DNA from: the human T2T-CHM13v2.0 reference genome, Homo sapiens | NCBI RefSeq assembly: GCF_009914755.1 | Contig: NC_060934.1 | Reading direction: 5' to 3' (one strand) | DNA length: 64,000 nucleotides | Shown: positions 62,718-64,000 of the stretch, piece by piece | Numbering within the stretch: position 1 is the stretch's first letter | Layout of the letters: each line of letters starts with the position of its first letter | The notes under the pieces: generated by a model | The model's database searches: none | What the model saw: only the letters and a program-made list of their open reading frames with translations | What the model was told of the DNA's origin: nothing | Program-made: the position numbers and the translations under genes

Positions 62718-64000
62718 CACAAATGGAATCATGTTGTGCATAGCCTTTGAATCTGACTTTCTTCAGTTGACGTAAGTTCATCTTAGATTCATCCATTTGC
62801 TTTGTCAATAGTTTTTAAATTTTAATGGCTGAGTAGTTTTCTATCATCGTGATGTACTGCACCTTGTGTCTCTATCCACTCTAGAGGGATATTTGAATTG
62901 TTTCTGGTGATTATGAATAAAGCTGCTAAAAATATTTATACGTTTTTGTGTTAACATAAATTTTCATTTTACTAGATGTATTGCCAAACTCCTTTCCAAA
63001 GTGGCTGTGCCATTTCACATTCCCACTAGTAATATATGAGAGGTCTAGTGGTTTCACATCCTTTCAGCACTTGATATTGTCAGCTTTTATTACTACATCA
63101 ATTGTAAGGGGGAGAGGAGCATCTCATTGTTTGTTTCTACTTCCCTAATTATGTGAAGCACATTTTTATATGCTTATTTGCTATCTGTATATGTTCTTTG
63201 AAGAAGTATCTCTTCAAACTCTTTGCCTTTTTTTTAAAAAAAATTGTGTTTATTTTTGTTACAGAGTTTTGAGAATTCTTTATCTGTTCTGCAGACAAGA
63301 CTTATCAGATGTGTGATTTGCAAATATTTTCTCCTAGTGAGTGGCTTGTGTTTTCATTTTCCTAACAATGTCTTTCAGTGAGCAGAAGTTCTTACAAATT
63401 TATGTACTTTTAAAATGGATTATGCTTTTGTGTCATATAAGAACTCTTTGCCTAATCCAGGGTGAGAAAGATTTACTCCTATATTTTCTACTAGAAATTT
63501 CATAGTTTTACTTTTTACATGTAGATCTGTGATCCATTTTGAGTTAAGTTTTGTGTATATTGGGTGAGGTCTGTAACAGAGTTTTTGATTATTGTTTTTT
63601 GCTATTGTTTTTTGCTTTGGCATATGGATATCCAATTGATCCATTACTCTTCCCTGAAGTCTATTTAAATCTCTTTAATTGCCATTGTACTTTTTTGAAA
63701 ATCAATTATGTGGTTGTATATCTATGTTCCATATTCTGTTTCATTGATCTATATGTCTCTTCTTTCTCCAATATCATACTTCTCTGATTACTGTAGCTTA
63801 ATGTGTTTGTTTTTTTTGCTGTCTAATCATGGAAGTTGAATTTATTGCATTTTACAGGTCAATATTTTTTGTAGTTGTAGACGTCTGTAATTTTGCACTG
63901 TTAATTTTAATGTAATGGACATATTAGAAATTAGGTTTTCTATATGCAGGGGAAATGCTGTTAATTTACAATTGAAGAGAGTTATGAAATAATAATAAAT

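Larger units (their letters stand above)
61375..63800 (-). mobile_element. L1MB/MC-type 3' region, interrupted by two LTRs
   Basis: gatagagaatagtttcatcacc, ttccaaagtggctgtgccatttcacattcccac, gatttgcaaatattttctcc; minus ORF 63420-63644 reads [15 protein letters not shown] (L1 ORF2). Confidence 0.8.

Overview
Primate (very probably human) genomic DNA from inside the large introns of ADK (adenosine kinase), transcribed on the + strand. The only supportable coding sequence is one 79-nt exon at 42048-42126, encoding (L)[26 protein letters not shown] with canonical AG/GT ends. The rest is AT-rich intron packed with interspersed repeats: roughly 50 Alu/FLAM/FAM copies, old L1M and short L1PA fragments, L2/MIR, solo LTRs (LTR16-, MER72-, MER31/39-, MLT1-, THE1-, LTR47- and MER73/74-like) and DNA-transposon fossils (Tigger2, MER2, MER46, a near-full-length Cheshire hAT element and a second, Blackjack-like hAT transposase remnant). 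The supplied ORF track is essentially all Alu, L1 or low-complexity artefact and misses the real exon. I found no evidence of a new gene or a new multi-gene system. The most unusual signals are local rearrangement scars: a 144-bp templated copy 14.4 kb from its donor, a 41-bp dispersed direct repeat, a ~50-bp fold-back inversion, three Alu monomers stacked on one target site, and a probable L1 3' transduction. Repeat family names come from recalled consensus sequences, not a database search, and most repeat boundaries are approximate (about +/-10-20 bp).
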